Origin: Nitrospinota bacterium
GTDB lineage: Bacteria > Nitrospinota > Nitrospinia > Nitrospinales > VA-1
DNA length: 27,322 bases
NCBI GenBank assembly: GCA_038108555.1
Contig: JAYNIA010000022.1
Location: 10,689-38,010, forward strand
Direction of reading: 5' to 3'
Made by a program: the position numbers and the translations under genes. Below, one piece after another: positions 18,489-27,246 of the stretch; position 1 is the stretch's first letter; each line of letters starts with the position of its first letter. The notes below the pieces were generated by a model. The model worked only from the letters and a program-made list of their open reading frames with translations. It searched no databases and was not told the origin of the DNA.

Positions 18489-20762
18489 TCACGTTTTTAA
18501 TTTATTAAAAATTTTATAGAGCTCTCTATTTTGTGAGGGAGTAAGATTACCAATCAAGGGAATCAACTTTCTACTTTCTAACTGCTTATTCACTCCTTTT
18601 ATTTTCAATCGATACTTTTCGTAATCATTTGACAACGTATCCAATTTATTTATATAGCGTGTCCAGTGAACGATCGCCAGAGGGAAATCATGGATTTTAA
18701 AATAATAATCTCCAAGATTCCTGTTTAACTCCGGGCTATCCGGGTTGATAAGCAAGCCATCGTAAAAAACAACCAACGCTTCTTCTTTTTTGCCAATGCT
18801 TTCATAGGAAATTCCCTGTTCGATAAAAAACTTCTCGTCGGTTGAATTGTATGCATTCAGCTTATTAAATTCGTCTATAGCCAAAAGCCAGTTCTTTTCA
18901 GCAAAAAATTTACTGGCATTTAATTTCAATTGATTGATCTCCCCGCTTTTCTCTTGTATCAAACTTTCCAACGTGGAAATTTGCTGCTGAACTTTCTTCA
19001 ATTTACCCGGGTCCTTTTCCAAAGGAAGAATTGCTTTTAGCGAGGCCAGCAACTTTCCGGGTTCCCTTTTAGTCCTATAATAAATTTTTATTAGATTTCT
19101 TACAGGAGAGGGGTCCAGGGGATCAATGAGTCGGCTTATATGAAGGTATCGAATAGCCCTATCCAACTTTCCACTTTTTCCCTCGACTTCAGCAAGCATT
19201 CGAAACAATTCCGAATCCAGAGGCTTAATAAAAATGGCCCTTTTTAGAATTTCCCCGGCTTGTTCATCATTCTTTTTCAGCAAGAAATAAGAATATAGTT
19301 TGTAGATCATATCCAACTTGCCTTTGGTCTGATGATCTATAAACATTCTTCTTTCCGCATCCCAACACTCTATTCCATACTGCTCCGCTTTTTCCAGGTC
19401 AAACCACTTTTCCCCCAGTCCATAGTAGCCCATACTCCAATTACAATAATCCACATAGCGGATGACCACCTGGTTTTCCGGCACCCGGAACCCATATAGA
19501 AAGCTTACGAATACCAGCGAAGCCATTACTAAAGGTTTAAACTTCTTTTGCGCCATCCAACTTAATGCCCTTCCCACCGCATAAGCTGAAAATAGGATGA
19601 AAAAGGGGGCCGCCGGAACCCTGAATCGGGACACCACGTGGAATAACACTACGGAAAGAATCAAGCACCCTAAAAAGGAATACAGCAAAAACAGTTTTTC
19701 TTTATTCAAAATCGCCAAAACGATTCCTATCAAACCGAGAGAAGAAAAAATGGAGAAATGGCTCAACAAAAAAGGCAGCAGTTTGGAAGACTCAAGGTAA
19801 AGGTTGATGGAAAGATTGGATGCAGCTTCTAGATCGTTCAGGAAAAAATATATTTTCCTAAAATACATTTCGATAAAACCCAAAGGGTTTTCCAATAATT
19901 GCTGAAATACAAATGCCACCGGAGAAAGGTTTTGCATTTCATACTTTTCCTGGAAATGGGCCAACAACGCGGCATCAAAGCCCACCCCCGGATATTCAAA
20001 AAAATTTCCAGCTAAAAATGCAGTCGGTCCACTCGAATCAAAAAATACAAATCTCCCATGAACCAGGTAGCACTGAACCAAAATTGGGATCAATGACAAT
20101 ACAAGAGGAACTAAGAACTGAAGCCAGCTTCTTAATTTCCTTTCCTTTGTCATCCCCTTAAAAACATTCCAGTGAAGAAAAAGAATGACAAAAGGAAGAC
20201 ATAAAAATGTATTGGGCCTGGATTGGAAAAACAGGGAAAGTACAAGAGCAGAGAATACAAGCTTTACAGGAGTGGGTGACTGCTCCAGTTTCAACAACAA
20301 ATAAAAGGAAAGAATTCCAAGAAAGGTAATGAAGGAAGCTCTCAGAATAATTCCTTCATAAATGATTTCGTTCGAGTAAAATGCAAAACCGATAAAGGCA
20401 ATCAATGCTACCCGCTTATCAAACAGGTACCTGCCAATTAAGTATATAAATACGGCTCCCAGAGCTCCCAGGGCAAACTGCATTCCGTAAATAGCATAAA
20501 AGTTTCGACCAAAAATCCAATAAATGATTCCCAGGAAATATTTGTACAATGGGGAATAGCTGTTATTCGGAGACTTTGCCAGCCAATCCCCTTGCGCAAA
20601 ACTTTGAGCCGCCAAATCAAAATTGTAATGGTCGTAGACAGGAAGGACGTTGTCAAAGAAAGGAAGTTGCGCCAACTCGAACAGGTAAAAAATTCGAACC
20701 GAGAGGGCAACAAAAAACAGTGCGACTAAAAATAAGAATGAAGGGCTCCGGGTTTGTTCCAT
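18489..20762 (-). CDS. GT-C fold (ArnT/PMT-like, family 39-like) membrane glycosyltransferase with C-terminal TPRs
   Basis: ALSVRIFYL, early Asp (YDH), YSPLYKYFLGIIYWIFG, SRPN, SGPTAFLAGN, SRFRVP; about 12 TM helices then TPR-like helices (KRAIFIKPLDSE, GLLINPDSPE..RNLG.YY). Confidence 0.8.
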   Translation of the reverse strand: MEQTRSPSFLFLVALFFVALSVRIFYLFELAQLPFFDNVLPVYDHYNFDLAAQSFAQGDWLAKSPNNSYSPLYKYFLGIIYWIFGRNFYAIYGMQFALGALGAVFIYLIGRYLFDKRVALIAFIGFAFYSNEIIYEGIILRASFITFLGILSFYLLLKLEQSPTPVKLVFSALVLSLFFQSRPNTFLCLPFVILFLHWNVFKGMTKERKLRSWLQFLVPLVLSLIPILVQCYLVHGRFVFFDSSGPTAFLAGNFFEYPGVGFDAALLAHFQEKYEMQNLSPVAFVFQQLLENPLGFIEMYFRKIYFFLNDLEAASNLSINLYLESSKLLPFLLSHFSIFSSLGLIGIVLAILNKEKLFLLYSFLGCLILSVVLFHVVSRFRVPAAPFFILFSAYAVGRALSWMAQKKFKPLVMASLVFVSFLYGFRVPENQVVIRYVDYCNWSMGYYGLGEKWFDLEKAEQYGIECWDAERRMFIDHQTKGKLDMIYKLYSYFLLKKNDEQAGEILKRAIFIKPLDSELFRMLAEVEGKSGKLDRAIRYLHISRLIDPLDPSPVRNLIKIYYRTKREPGKLLASLKAILPLEKDPGKLKKVQQQISTLESLIQEKSGEINQLKLNASKFFAEKNWLLAIDEFNKLNAYNSTDEKFFIEQGISYESIGKKEEALVVFYDGLLINPDSPELNRNLGDYYFKIHDFPLAIVHWTRYINKLDTLSNDYEKYRLKIKGVNKQLESRKLIPLIGNLTPSQNRELYKIFNKLKT

Positions 20763-20847
20763 ACTAATATAGCGGCTGCTGGCTTCCCACTAATTAGAAA
20801 AATCCCATACTGAAAAAGAAAAAGTAAGGCCAATTTTCAGGGGATTA

Positions 20848-21630
20848 TTAACGTCCATCGATGTCGGAGTGGGGTGACCTTAAAGAATCCAAGAGAGGGG
20901 CATAATCGGCATCTCCGGTGAGTTTCAGGAAAACCTGCTCCAGATCACCCTGCTCGTGTTTTGCCTGGGAACGCAATTCATCCACCGTACCCATGGCCAC
21001 GATCTTACCCTTTTGAATGATTCCCACCCGGTGGCACATGTTTTCTGCAACCCCCAGTGAGTGTGTCGATAAAAACAGAGTCGTTCCACCTTCGCATAAA
21101 TCCTGAAACAATTGTTTTACCTGTCGTGCCCCTTTCGGGTCTAAGCCCACTAAAGGCTCATCAACAACCAAAACTTTAGGATTATGAATCAACGCGCCCG
21201 AGATGATGAGTTTTTGCTTCATCCCGTGCGAATAACCTTCGATCAACTCATCGGCGAAATCCTGCAGGTCGAAAAATTCCAGAAACTTCTCTGCGCGATC
21301 ATGAGCCACCTTCATGTCCATGGAATAAAGTCCGGCAACGAACTCAAGGCATTCCCAGCCCGTGAGCTTATCGTATAGAAAAGGCCGGTCGGGGATATAT
21401 CCCATAATTTTTTTAACTTCGAGAGGATTCTGGAAAAGGTCGATTCCATCTATATAAATGGAACCGGATGTTGGTTTTAAAAGTCCAACCAACAATTTGA
21501 TGGTTGTGGTTTTTCCTGCCCCGTTCGGACCCAGGAAGCCAAACAACTCGCCTTTGGGAATTTCAAGATCAAGTCCGTCAACCGCCAAAACGGAATCGTA
21601 TTTTTTGGTTAATCCCTTGATAGAAATCAT
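20848..21630 (-). CDS. ABC transporter ATP-binding protein (ABC-2/CcmA-like)
   Basis: Walker A GPNGAGKTT, signature YSHGMKQK, Walker B VLVVDEP, H-loop STH. Confidence 0.95.
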   Translation of the reverse strand: MISIKGLTKKYDSVLAVDGLDLEIPKGELFGFLGPNGAGKTTTIKLLVGLLKPTSGSIYIDGIDLFQNPLEVKKIMGYIPDRPFLYDKLTGWECLEFVAGLYSMDMKVAHDRAEKFLEFFDLQDFADELIEGYSHGMKQKLIISGALIHNPKVLVVDEPLVGLDPKGARQVKQLFQDLCEGGTTLFLSTHSLGVAENMCHRVGIIQKGKIVAMGTVDELRSQAKHEQGDLEQVFLKLTGDADYAPLLDSLRSPHSDIDGR

Positions 21631-21647
21631 AGGGTTATTATCTGGGA

Positions 21648-21920
21648 TCAGGAACGGATTTCAAAAGATGTAAAGTTTTGCAATGAGGCTGGTTCAATAT
21701 CCAGCGAAGTGACATTTGCCGCCGGGGTCCCTTTTCGGCACCATTCTATAAAATTTTCGAGTATGGCTTTTTCCGCCTCCGCCTGGATCTCCACCGTTCC
21801 TTCCGGTCGATTCCGAACCCAACCGAAGACACCCAACTCATCTGCCCTTTCCTTGGTTCCGGCACGAAACCAGACCCCTTGAACCCGACCGTGAACAATG
21901 ATGTGGGTGGCCTCTGTCAT
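21648..21920 (-). CDS. acyP: Acylphosphatase
   Basis: VHGRVQGVWFR, GWVRNRPEGTVE, GTPAANVT, FTSFEIR. Confidence 0.95.
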   Translation of the reverse strand: MTEATHIIVHGRVQGVWFRAGTKERADELGVFGWVRNRPEGTVEIQAEAEKAILENFIEWCRKGTPAANVTSLDIEPASLQNFTSFEIRS

Positions 21921-21935
21921 CTTATTTATTGAAGG

Positions 21936-22175
21936 TTAACCTTTTTTCCGAAAAGCCTCATCAAATAGATGCTGAACTTCGCGGTAGGTTTGAAATTTGT
22001 TGCCGTCGGAAATTTTTTCACCAAACTTACCCAGGTCGCGCATGATGCGTTGAAACTCCTGGGTCTGCCCCTTGAAATTGTCAATCAAGGGACGAAAATA
22101 TTGCTGTTCATCTTCATCCAGACGATCGCAAATAGTGCGGAGCCTGTCTTTTAAAGGTTCAAAGTTTTTTTCCAT
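21936..22175 (-). CDS. Small hypothetical helical protein (79 aa)
   Basis: ATG-start ORF tightly packed in the minus-strand gene run (15 nt before acyP); charged amphipathic composition. Confidence 0.7.
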   Translation of the reverse strand: MEKNFEPLKDRLRTICDRLDEDEQQYFRPLIDNFKGQTQEFQRIMRDLGKFGEKISDGNKFQTYREVQHLFDEAFRKKG

Positions 22176-22222
22176 TTTATTACTTAGATTAAAAAGAAGA
22201 GGTAATTAGCGGTTGGAGATTA

Positions 22223-22552
22223 TCATCCCTTTTTCTTGCGTTCCATCATAATCTTCTTCAAACGCAACGCTGCGGGGTTGTCTTCAGGAAGAGCCAGGTA
22301 TTTATCGCGGGTCAATATTGCAACCTCAACATCATCCGTTGCAACAACCGAGGCCGTCCGCGCGTCATTTGAAATCATGGCCATTTCACGAAAAAGGTCA
22401 TTTTCCTTTAAATTCGCTAAAACCTTTTTATTTCCATCTGCATCCGTAACGTATACCTGAACCGTCCCTTTTTTTATCAGGAAGGCACTGGTTCCATGGG
22501 TGCCCTGGCGAACAATGGTCTTGCCTTTTCTATACTCCTTGATGACAAACAT
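22223..22552 (-). CDS. Stand-alone cyclic-nucleotide-binding domain protein
   Basis: KGKTIVRQG..G..AFLIKKGTVQV, F(R)EMAMI...ARTASVVA; no HTH domain. Confidence 0.88.
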   Translation of the reverse strand: MFVIKEYRKGKTIVRQGTHGTSAFLIKKGTVQVYVTDADGNKKVLANLKENDLFREMAMISNDARTASVVATDDVEVAILTRDKYLALPEDNPAALRLKKIMMERKKKG

Positions 22553-22707
22553 GGTTTCTTATATTCATCCCCTAAGCTCTATAAAGCGGCTCTAACAATA
22601 TAAAAAAATGGGGACTCAAATTCAATCCCAATCAAGAAAAGAAAAATAACTCAACCATTTACTAAATTTTTAAGATCCGCGCCTTGGCAATAATAATTCC
22701 TAATCGC

Positions 22708-23214
22708 TCAAAAGTTTTTTCCGGAATATTTTGGGTAGCTCATGTAATATCGTTTCAGTAGACGCTGAGTTGTGCGGATTTTCCTGTGGTTTCGCTTCGT
22801 GGCATATAAATCCTGTGCCACCTGCATGTGGTGAATTGCCTTATCCCCCACTTTCAAATGATCATAGGCAATACTTAAATTATAATGAGTCAACGCGGAT
22901 TTTGGATTTAACCACAAAGCCTCCTTATAGGCTTGCACTTCTTCTCTGTGCCGTCCTAATTTTAAATAAGCCATCCCCAATTCGAAATAGGATTGAAAAT
23001 CCATCGGGTCCTGTTCGATGAGGGCCAGTTGCTGGCTGATTTTCTCCTGCGCGGCTTTTCGATAGGTTTTAAAATCCGTTTCCACTCCCAAAACATCTAA
23101 AGGCAAAATCAAGACAGCAATAAAAAGAATAAAAATTGCCATCTTCAAACTGTAAGACCTCTTGTTTTCAGAGAAAACTTCAAACAAAATGTGGTTCAGT
23201 AAATTTTGACTCAT
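22708..23214 (-). CDS. Exported TPR-repeat protein (true start may be the downstream MAIFILF Met)
   Basis: Hydrophobic segment, then TPRs DPMDFQSYFELGMAYLKLG and ALWLNPKSALTHYNLSIAY. Confidence 0.8.
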   Translation of the reverse strand: MSQNLLNHILFEVFSENKRSYSLKMAIFILFIAVLILPLDVLGVETDFKTYRKAAQEKISQQLALIEQDPMDFQSYFELGMAYLKLGRHREEVQAYKEALWLNPKSALTHYNLSIAYDHLKVGDKAIHHMQVAQDLYATKRNHRKIRTTQRLLKRYYMSYPKYSGKNF

Positions 23215-23248
23215 CCTATAAATTTAACATTTTTCTATTGAGGCCAGA

Positions 23249-24226
23249 ATGAATTATAGAAAATTCAGCAGAACGGATTGGCAAGTATCAGAAATTGGAT
23301 TGGGAACCTGGCAATTGGGAGCCGATTGGGGAAATGTGGACGACTCAACCGCAGAAAAAGTATTGGCAACAGCGGTGGAAGCTGGGGTCAATTTTTTTGA
23401 TACCGCCGACTGTTATGGAGAAGGCTTGTCAGAAAAAAGGCTGGGGAAATTTTTGAAATCCTGTCCTGAAAAAATATACGTCGCCACCAAACTGGGCCGA
23501 TTTCCAAAACCCGGCGGAGAAGATAATTTTTCCATGGAACAATTCCGGCAACATACTGAAAATTCCCTGGAGCGCCTGGGGATAGATTGTCTTGATCTGA
23601 CTCAAGTCCACTGCCCCCCCACAGAACTTATCAAACAGGGAGATATGTTTCACTGGCTAAGCACCCTGAAAAAAGAGGGAAAAGTAAAGGAATTTGGACT
23701 CAGTGTGGAATCGATGGAAGAAGCTGAAATTTGCCTTCAGCAGGAAGGTCTCGCCTCCCTACAAATAATTTTCAATGTCTTGCGACAAAAACCTATTGAA
23801 TCGATTTTTGAATCCGCCCTGGCGAAGCAAGTCGCCCTAATTATACGGTTGCCTCTGGCTTCGGGACTGCTCTCAGGAAAATTGACCCGGGATACTTCCT
23901 TTCCCTCCAACGACCATAGGAACTTCAACAGGGACGGAGAATGTTTCAATGTGGGTGAAACATTTTCCGGTCTTCCCTATGAAAAAGGCATTGAGATTGT
24001 TGAAAACCTGGAAAAGAAGATGCCGCCGCCCTTATCCCTGTCATCTCTGAGATGGATCCTGGATTATGACGCAGTCTCCGTGATTATTCCGGGATCAAAG
24101 TCACCCGAGCAAGTTCTCCACAATTGCGGTGCCAGTGATCTCTCGCCCCTACCCTCTTCCTCCCACGACGAACTCAAACAATTTTATGAAAAGGATGTCT
24201 TACCTTTTATACGTGGCAAGTACTAA
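23249..24226 (+). CDS. Aldo/keto reductase
   Basis: VSEIGLGTWQLG, FFDTADCYG, VATK, SLERLG.DCLDL.QVH, PLASGLL, VIIPGSKS; RBS GAGG; stop overlaps the ric stop. Confidence 0.94.
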   Translation: MNYRKFSRTDWQVSEIGLGTWQLGADWGNVDDSTAEKVLATAVEAGVNFFDTADCYGEGLSEKRLGKFLKSCPEKIYVATKLGRFPKPGGEDNFSMEQFRQHTENSLERLGIDCLDLTQVHCPPTELIKQGDMFHWLSTLKKEGKVKEFGLSVESMEEAEICLQQEGLASLQIIFNVLRQKPIESIFESALAKQVALIIRLPLASGLLSGKLTRDTSFPSNDHRNFNRDGECFNVGETFSGLPYEKGIEIVENLEKKMPPPLSLSSLRWILDYDAVSVIIPGSKSPEQVLHNCGASDLSPLPSSSHDELKQFYEKDVLPFIRGKY

Positions 24227-24921
24227 TTTATTGTTTCTAATTTTGAGAACAAAATATTATTTTCCTTATGGATATGAAGGTGGGTGTCCTCTTCCAGAAA
24301 TTTCAACTCTTCATACAAAGCATTGAAAGACCCGCATCCATCTTCAGGAGTTTTAAATCCGCTTGTAATTTCCCTGATTTTCTTGAGCAATTCTCCCGCA
24401 CGGTCATGTTCTGCCAGCATGACCCGGATGGGACCCGCCGTGGCTTTCATATGGTTTCCAAGGCCCTGAAATTCGAGTTTTTTAATTAAAGGGAACAATA
24501 CCCGTTCCTCTTTTACCAAATGAGGTTCAAGATCTTCCCGCAAATGGGTGAAAGCTGTTTGCAATTCTTGTAATTCCGGGTGGCGTCCCCCATGTGCTGA
24601 CAATACCTTTCCCATCAAAGAGGCAATTCTCGGAAACGCATCTTTTAAATATTTATGATGTTTTTCTTCAATATGCTCAGTCAACTGGCCTGGAGTAAGT
24701 TTCTTTATTTCAGAATCCGCTTCAGGTGCCAGGTTTTCCAGTTTTTGCAACTGGTTTAATATTTCTTTCGGTTTAAGGCCTTTCTCCTGACAGGCATCTT
24801 CAAGGCTGTTTGCCCCTCCACAACAAAAATCGATAGATAAATCCTCAAAAGTTTTTGCACACAAAACATTGTCTTTTACAAAATCCCCAACGGGGGTCTG
24901 GGTGCTCCATTGCGTATTCAT
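24223..24921 (-). CDS. ric: Iron-sulfur cluster repair di-iron protein (Ric/YtfE/ScdA)
   Basis: IDFCCGG..SL..AC, HIEEKHHKYL, HLVKEERVLFP, MLAEHD, HLHIHKENNILF. Start placed at ATG 24921 after RBS GGAGAGG. Confidence 0.95.
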   Translation of the reverse strand: MNTQWSTQTPVGDFVKDNVLCAKTFEDLSIDFCCGGANSLEDACQEKGLKPKEILNQLQKLENLAPEADSEIKKLTPGQLTEHIEEKHHKYLKDAFPRIASLMGKVLSAHGGRHPELQELQTAFTHLREDLEPHLVKEERVLFPLIKKLEFQGLGNHMKATAGPIRVMLAEHDRAGELLKKIREITSGFKTPEDGCGSFNALYEELKFLEEDTHLHIHKENNILFSKLETIN

Positions 24922-24967
24922 AATCCTCTCCCTTCTCAAATATCTGGGCCCATTTCAGGCCAAATCT

Positions 24968-25003
24968 AATAAACAGATAAAAAGATATTTTTATCTGTTT
25001 ATT
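24968..25003. promoter_or_regulatory. Perfect 16-bp inverted repeat; putative repressor operator at the ric transcription start
   Basis: aataaacagataaaaa (24968-24983), spacer gata, tttttatctgtttatt (24988-25003). Confidence 0.7.
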
Positions 25004-25005
25004 TC

Positions 25006-25034
25006 AATATAATCCTGTTACAATAATTTGTCAA
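25006..25034 (-). promoter_or_regulatory. sigma70 promoter for ric
   Basis: TTGACA (25034-25029), 17-nt spacer, TATATT (25011-25006). Confidence 0.7.
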
Positions 25035-25148
25035 GTCAGGAGAACCGGTCAGGATCAAATAAAACTTTAAAGAAACTTTTTGAACCTCAATGGACTGGAA
25101 CCCATCTTACAAATAGAAAGCAGTTTAATTTTTTTCCAAAGGAATTTG

Positions 25149-25736
25149 ATGTCAGAAAATTTTACAGTTAAAGAAATCGAACTCACACCCAACCCGAGAG
25201 CCGTAAAGTTTATTTTGGACCGAAACGTTTTGGATTCGGGTTCAAAGACACTTGAGGAAGGCGGTTATCTGGAAGCAGATGTCTTTGCGACCAATATTTT
25301 CGCGCTTGAAATCGTGACCCTGATTTATTGTAGAGAGAATTTTGTTTCTATCACTCTTCATTCCGCTGATCTTTGGGTTATTTTTAAGGATAAGATTAAA
25401 AATATTATTGAAGCGGATTTGAAAAAATATGAAGAAGGGGATGATGAGGTCTCTTCTTCCGTTTTGGATGATTTTGACAAAGAAAAATATCCTGAACTTT
25501 CTGATGATGAAAAAGTCATTATCGTGGAAGCCGTTCTTGATGAATCCGTTCGCCCGGCTTTAGCGAACGATGGTGGCGGATTGGAGGTCATTGAGGTAGA
25601 AGGACCCATTGTTCGCATCCGGTATCAAGGTGCCTGCGGAGGTTGTCCCAGTGCCCAGGGCGGCACTTTAAGAGTCATTGAAAACCACCTTAAATCGCAA
25701 CTTGATCCCGAAATAAAAGTTCACACTTATACCTGA
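25149..25736 (+). CDS. Nfu/NifU-C-type Fe-S cluster carrier (Nfu_N plus NifU C-terminal domain)
   Basis: ELTPNPRAVKF (Nfu_N); LDESVRPALANDGGGLE...YQGACGGCPSA (CxxC). Start placed at ATG 25149 after AAGGA. Confidence 0.92.
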   Translation: MSENFTVKEIELTPNPRAVKFILDRNVLDSGSKTLEEGGYLEADVFATNIFALEIVTLIYCRENFVSITLHSADLWVIFKDKIKNIIEADLKKYEEGDDEVSSSVLDDFDKEKYPELSDDEKVIIVEAVLDESVRPALANDGGGLEVIEVEGPIVRIRYQGACGGCPSAQGGTLRVIENHLKSQLDPEIKVHTYT

Positions 25737-25775
25737 TTGAATTTCTTTCGCTAACTGCATTGGCGATTTTTTAAC

Positions 25776-25823
25776 CTGGCCCACTCTCATCCCCCAAATG
25801 GGCCAGATTCTTTGTGTTTTTTT
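25776..25823 (+). terminator. Probable terminator after the nfu gene
   Basis: Stem ctggccca (25776-25783) / tgggccag (25799-25806), then attctttgtgttttttt; the 15-nt loop is large. Confidence 0.45.
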
Positions 25824-25963
25824 ACCTCTTTCCTGAAACGGATATCCTCTTATTAATCAATTAAGTAGAAAAACACCCTTGTTTTCTGCCTGAATCCCGG
25901 CCCTCCGGGGGTTGCCGCCTCTAAATATTTAAGTAATAATTAGTTATCCAACTGGCAAATAAA

Positions 25964-26584
25964 ATGAAAACACAAAAATTCATTCAGATCCTTTTTTTGG
26001 TGATGCTTGGCTCATTTTGGGCTAACTCTATTAATTCGGCGTGGGCCATTGATAACCAAAGCCGGGTCGTCTCCGGTTATTGGCAATCAGACTCGACCAG
26101 TTATTCATTTATTTCGGTCACCCACTCTTCCCTTTCCGGATTGGCTTCTCAAATAGGACTTGTAGTCAACGCTATTCAAAGTGATCAGACCGCTTTTGGG
26201 ACAGCGGTGACATTTACGATTTCGGCAGGGAGCACGCAAAGAATTTTTGTCGTTCGAACCAATCACGCATCATTAAACGCAACGTCAATTCCAACAGCAT
26301 CGTTCATTATTGGAACCACCAGTTTTAAACATGGTCATATAAGAATTGACCCTGTGGCCAGCAATCCCGAGCTACCAGCCAATGAAGGAAATATTTTTAA
26401 AACAGATGGTTCATCGGATTTTGAGAGAAGAGGATTCAGAGATGTAACATTGCTGAATTTTTGGGGAGCGATTGTTGTTGAATCTAATACCACCGGGTTT
26501 GCGATGGAATTTATCGGAGATATGCAGGACAGTTCTGCGATATCCACCATGCACCCGTTAGCACCCGTTAGCGGAGTCAATTAA
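25964..26584 (+). CDS. Secreted beta-rich hypothetical protein, paralog 1 (LNFWG/GFAMEFIGD family)
   Basis: Signal peptide ending AWA; colinear motif identity with the adjacent ORF. Confidence 0.85.
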   Translation: MKTQKFIQILFLVMLGSFWANSINSAWAIDNQSRVVSGYWQSDSTSYSFISVTHSSLSGLASQIGLVVNAIQSDQTAFGTAVTFTISAGSTQRIFVVRTNHASLNATSIPTASFIIGTTSFKHGHIRIDPVASNPELPANEGNIFKTDGSSDFERRGFRDVTLLNFWGAIVVESNTTGFAMEFIGDMQDSSAISTMHPLAPVSGVN

Positions 26585-26586
26585 TA

Positions 26587-27246
26587 ATGGATACCAAACT
26601 CACGAATATTAAATGGCAAAGTTGTTTGGGGTTTCTTTTCCTTATCCTTTCAATTCCCCAACTTGCTTACAGTCAGTTGCAAGTGCCGGAAACCAACTCC
26701 AGGGCCAGGGTGGTTCTTTCCCCCTATGCACAGGTGGTTCCCAATGACAGTTACACTTTTATATCGGTGAGCCATCCTTCTCTGGATTCTGCACAAACCC
26801 AAATCGGTGTAGGTCTGGAAGTCCTTGGAATGACCACGATTCCCAATAATGCAGCGGGCCGGGCAACTATTTTTACCGTTGATGCAGGAACAACGCATCG
26901 AATTTTTATTGCCAACCTCTCTCATTCCACTCTCAATTCATCCATTGTAGATTCAAACACACATGTGATCTTTACTGTGGACTCAGCCCAGTTTGGCAAC
27001 GTAAGGGCTGTTGGCATCAACGAAAATCCCGCATCCTCAGTGATAGTTAATGGAACTCCAAAATTCAATAATCTTTCGCAATTGAACTTCTGGGGAGTGG
27101 TGTATATTGAATCCAGTGGATCTGGTTTTGCCATGGAGTTTATTGGCGATGCCCACGACTCAACCGTGGGAAGAGGGTTTTTCACGAATCTCCTCGAAGG
27201 TGGTGCCGGAGTTTCAACGGGTTTAACTCGCGGGATAAACAATTAA
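26587..27246 (+). CDS. Secreted beta-rich hypothetical protein, paralog 2 (LNFWG/GFAMEFIGD family)
   Basis: Signal peptide ending AYS; starts 2 nt after the paralog 1 stop; shares SYxFISVxHxSL, QIG, AGxTxRIF, LNFWG and GFAMEFIGD. Confidence 0.85.
   Translation: MDTKLTNIKWQSCLGFLFLILSIPQLAYSQLQVPETNSRARVVLSPYAQVVPNDSYTFISVSHPSLDSAQTQIGVGLEVLGMTTIPNNAAGRATIFTVDAGTTHRIFIANLSHSTLNSSIVDSNTHVIFTVDSAQFGNVRAVGINENPASSVIVNGTPKFNNLSQLNFWGVVYIESSGSGFAMEFIGDAHDSTVGRGFFTNLLEGGAGVSTGLTRGINN

Noticed and set aside
24922..25148. Longer TTG-start versions of ric (24939) and nfu (25080)
   Set aside because: The downstream ATGs (24921 and 25149) have RBSs and coincide with the domain starts.
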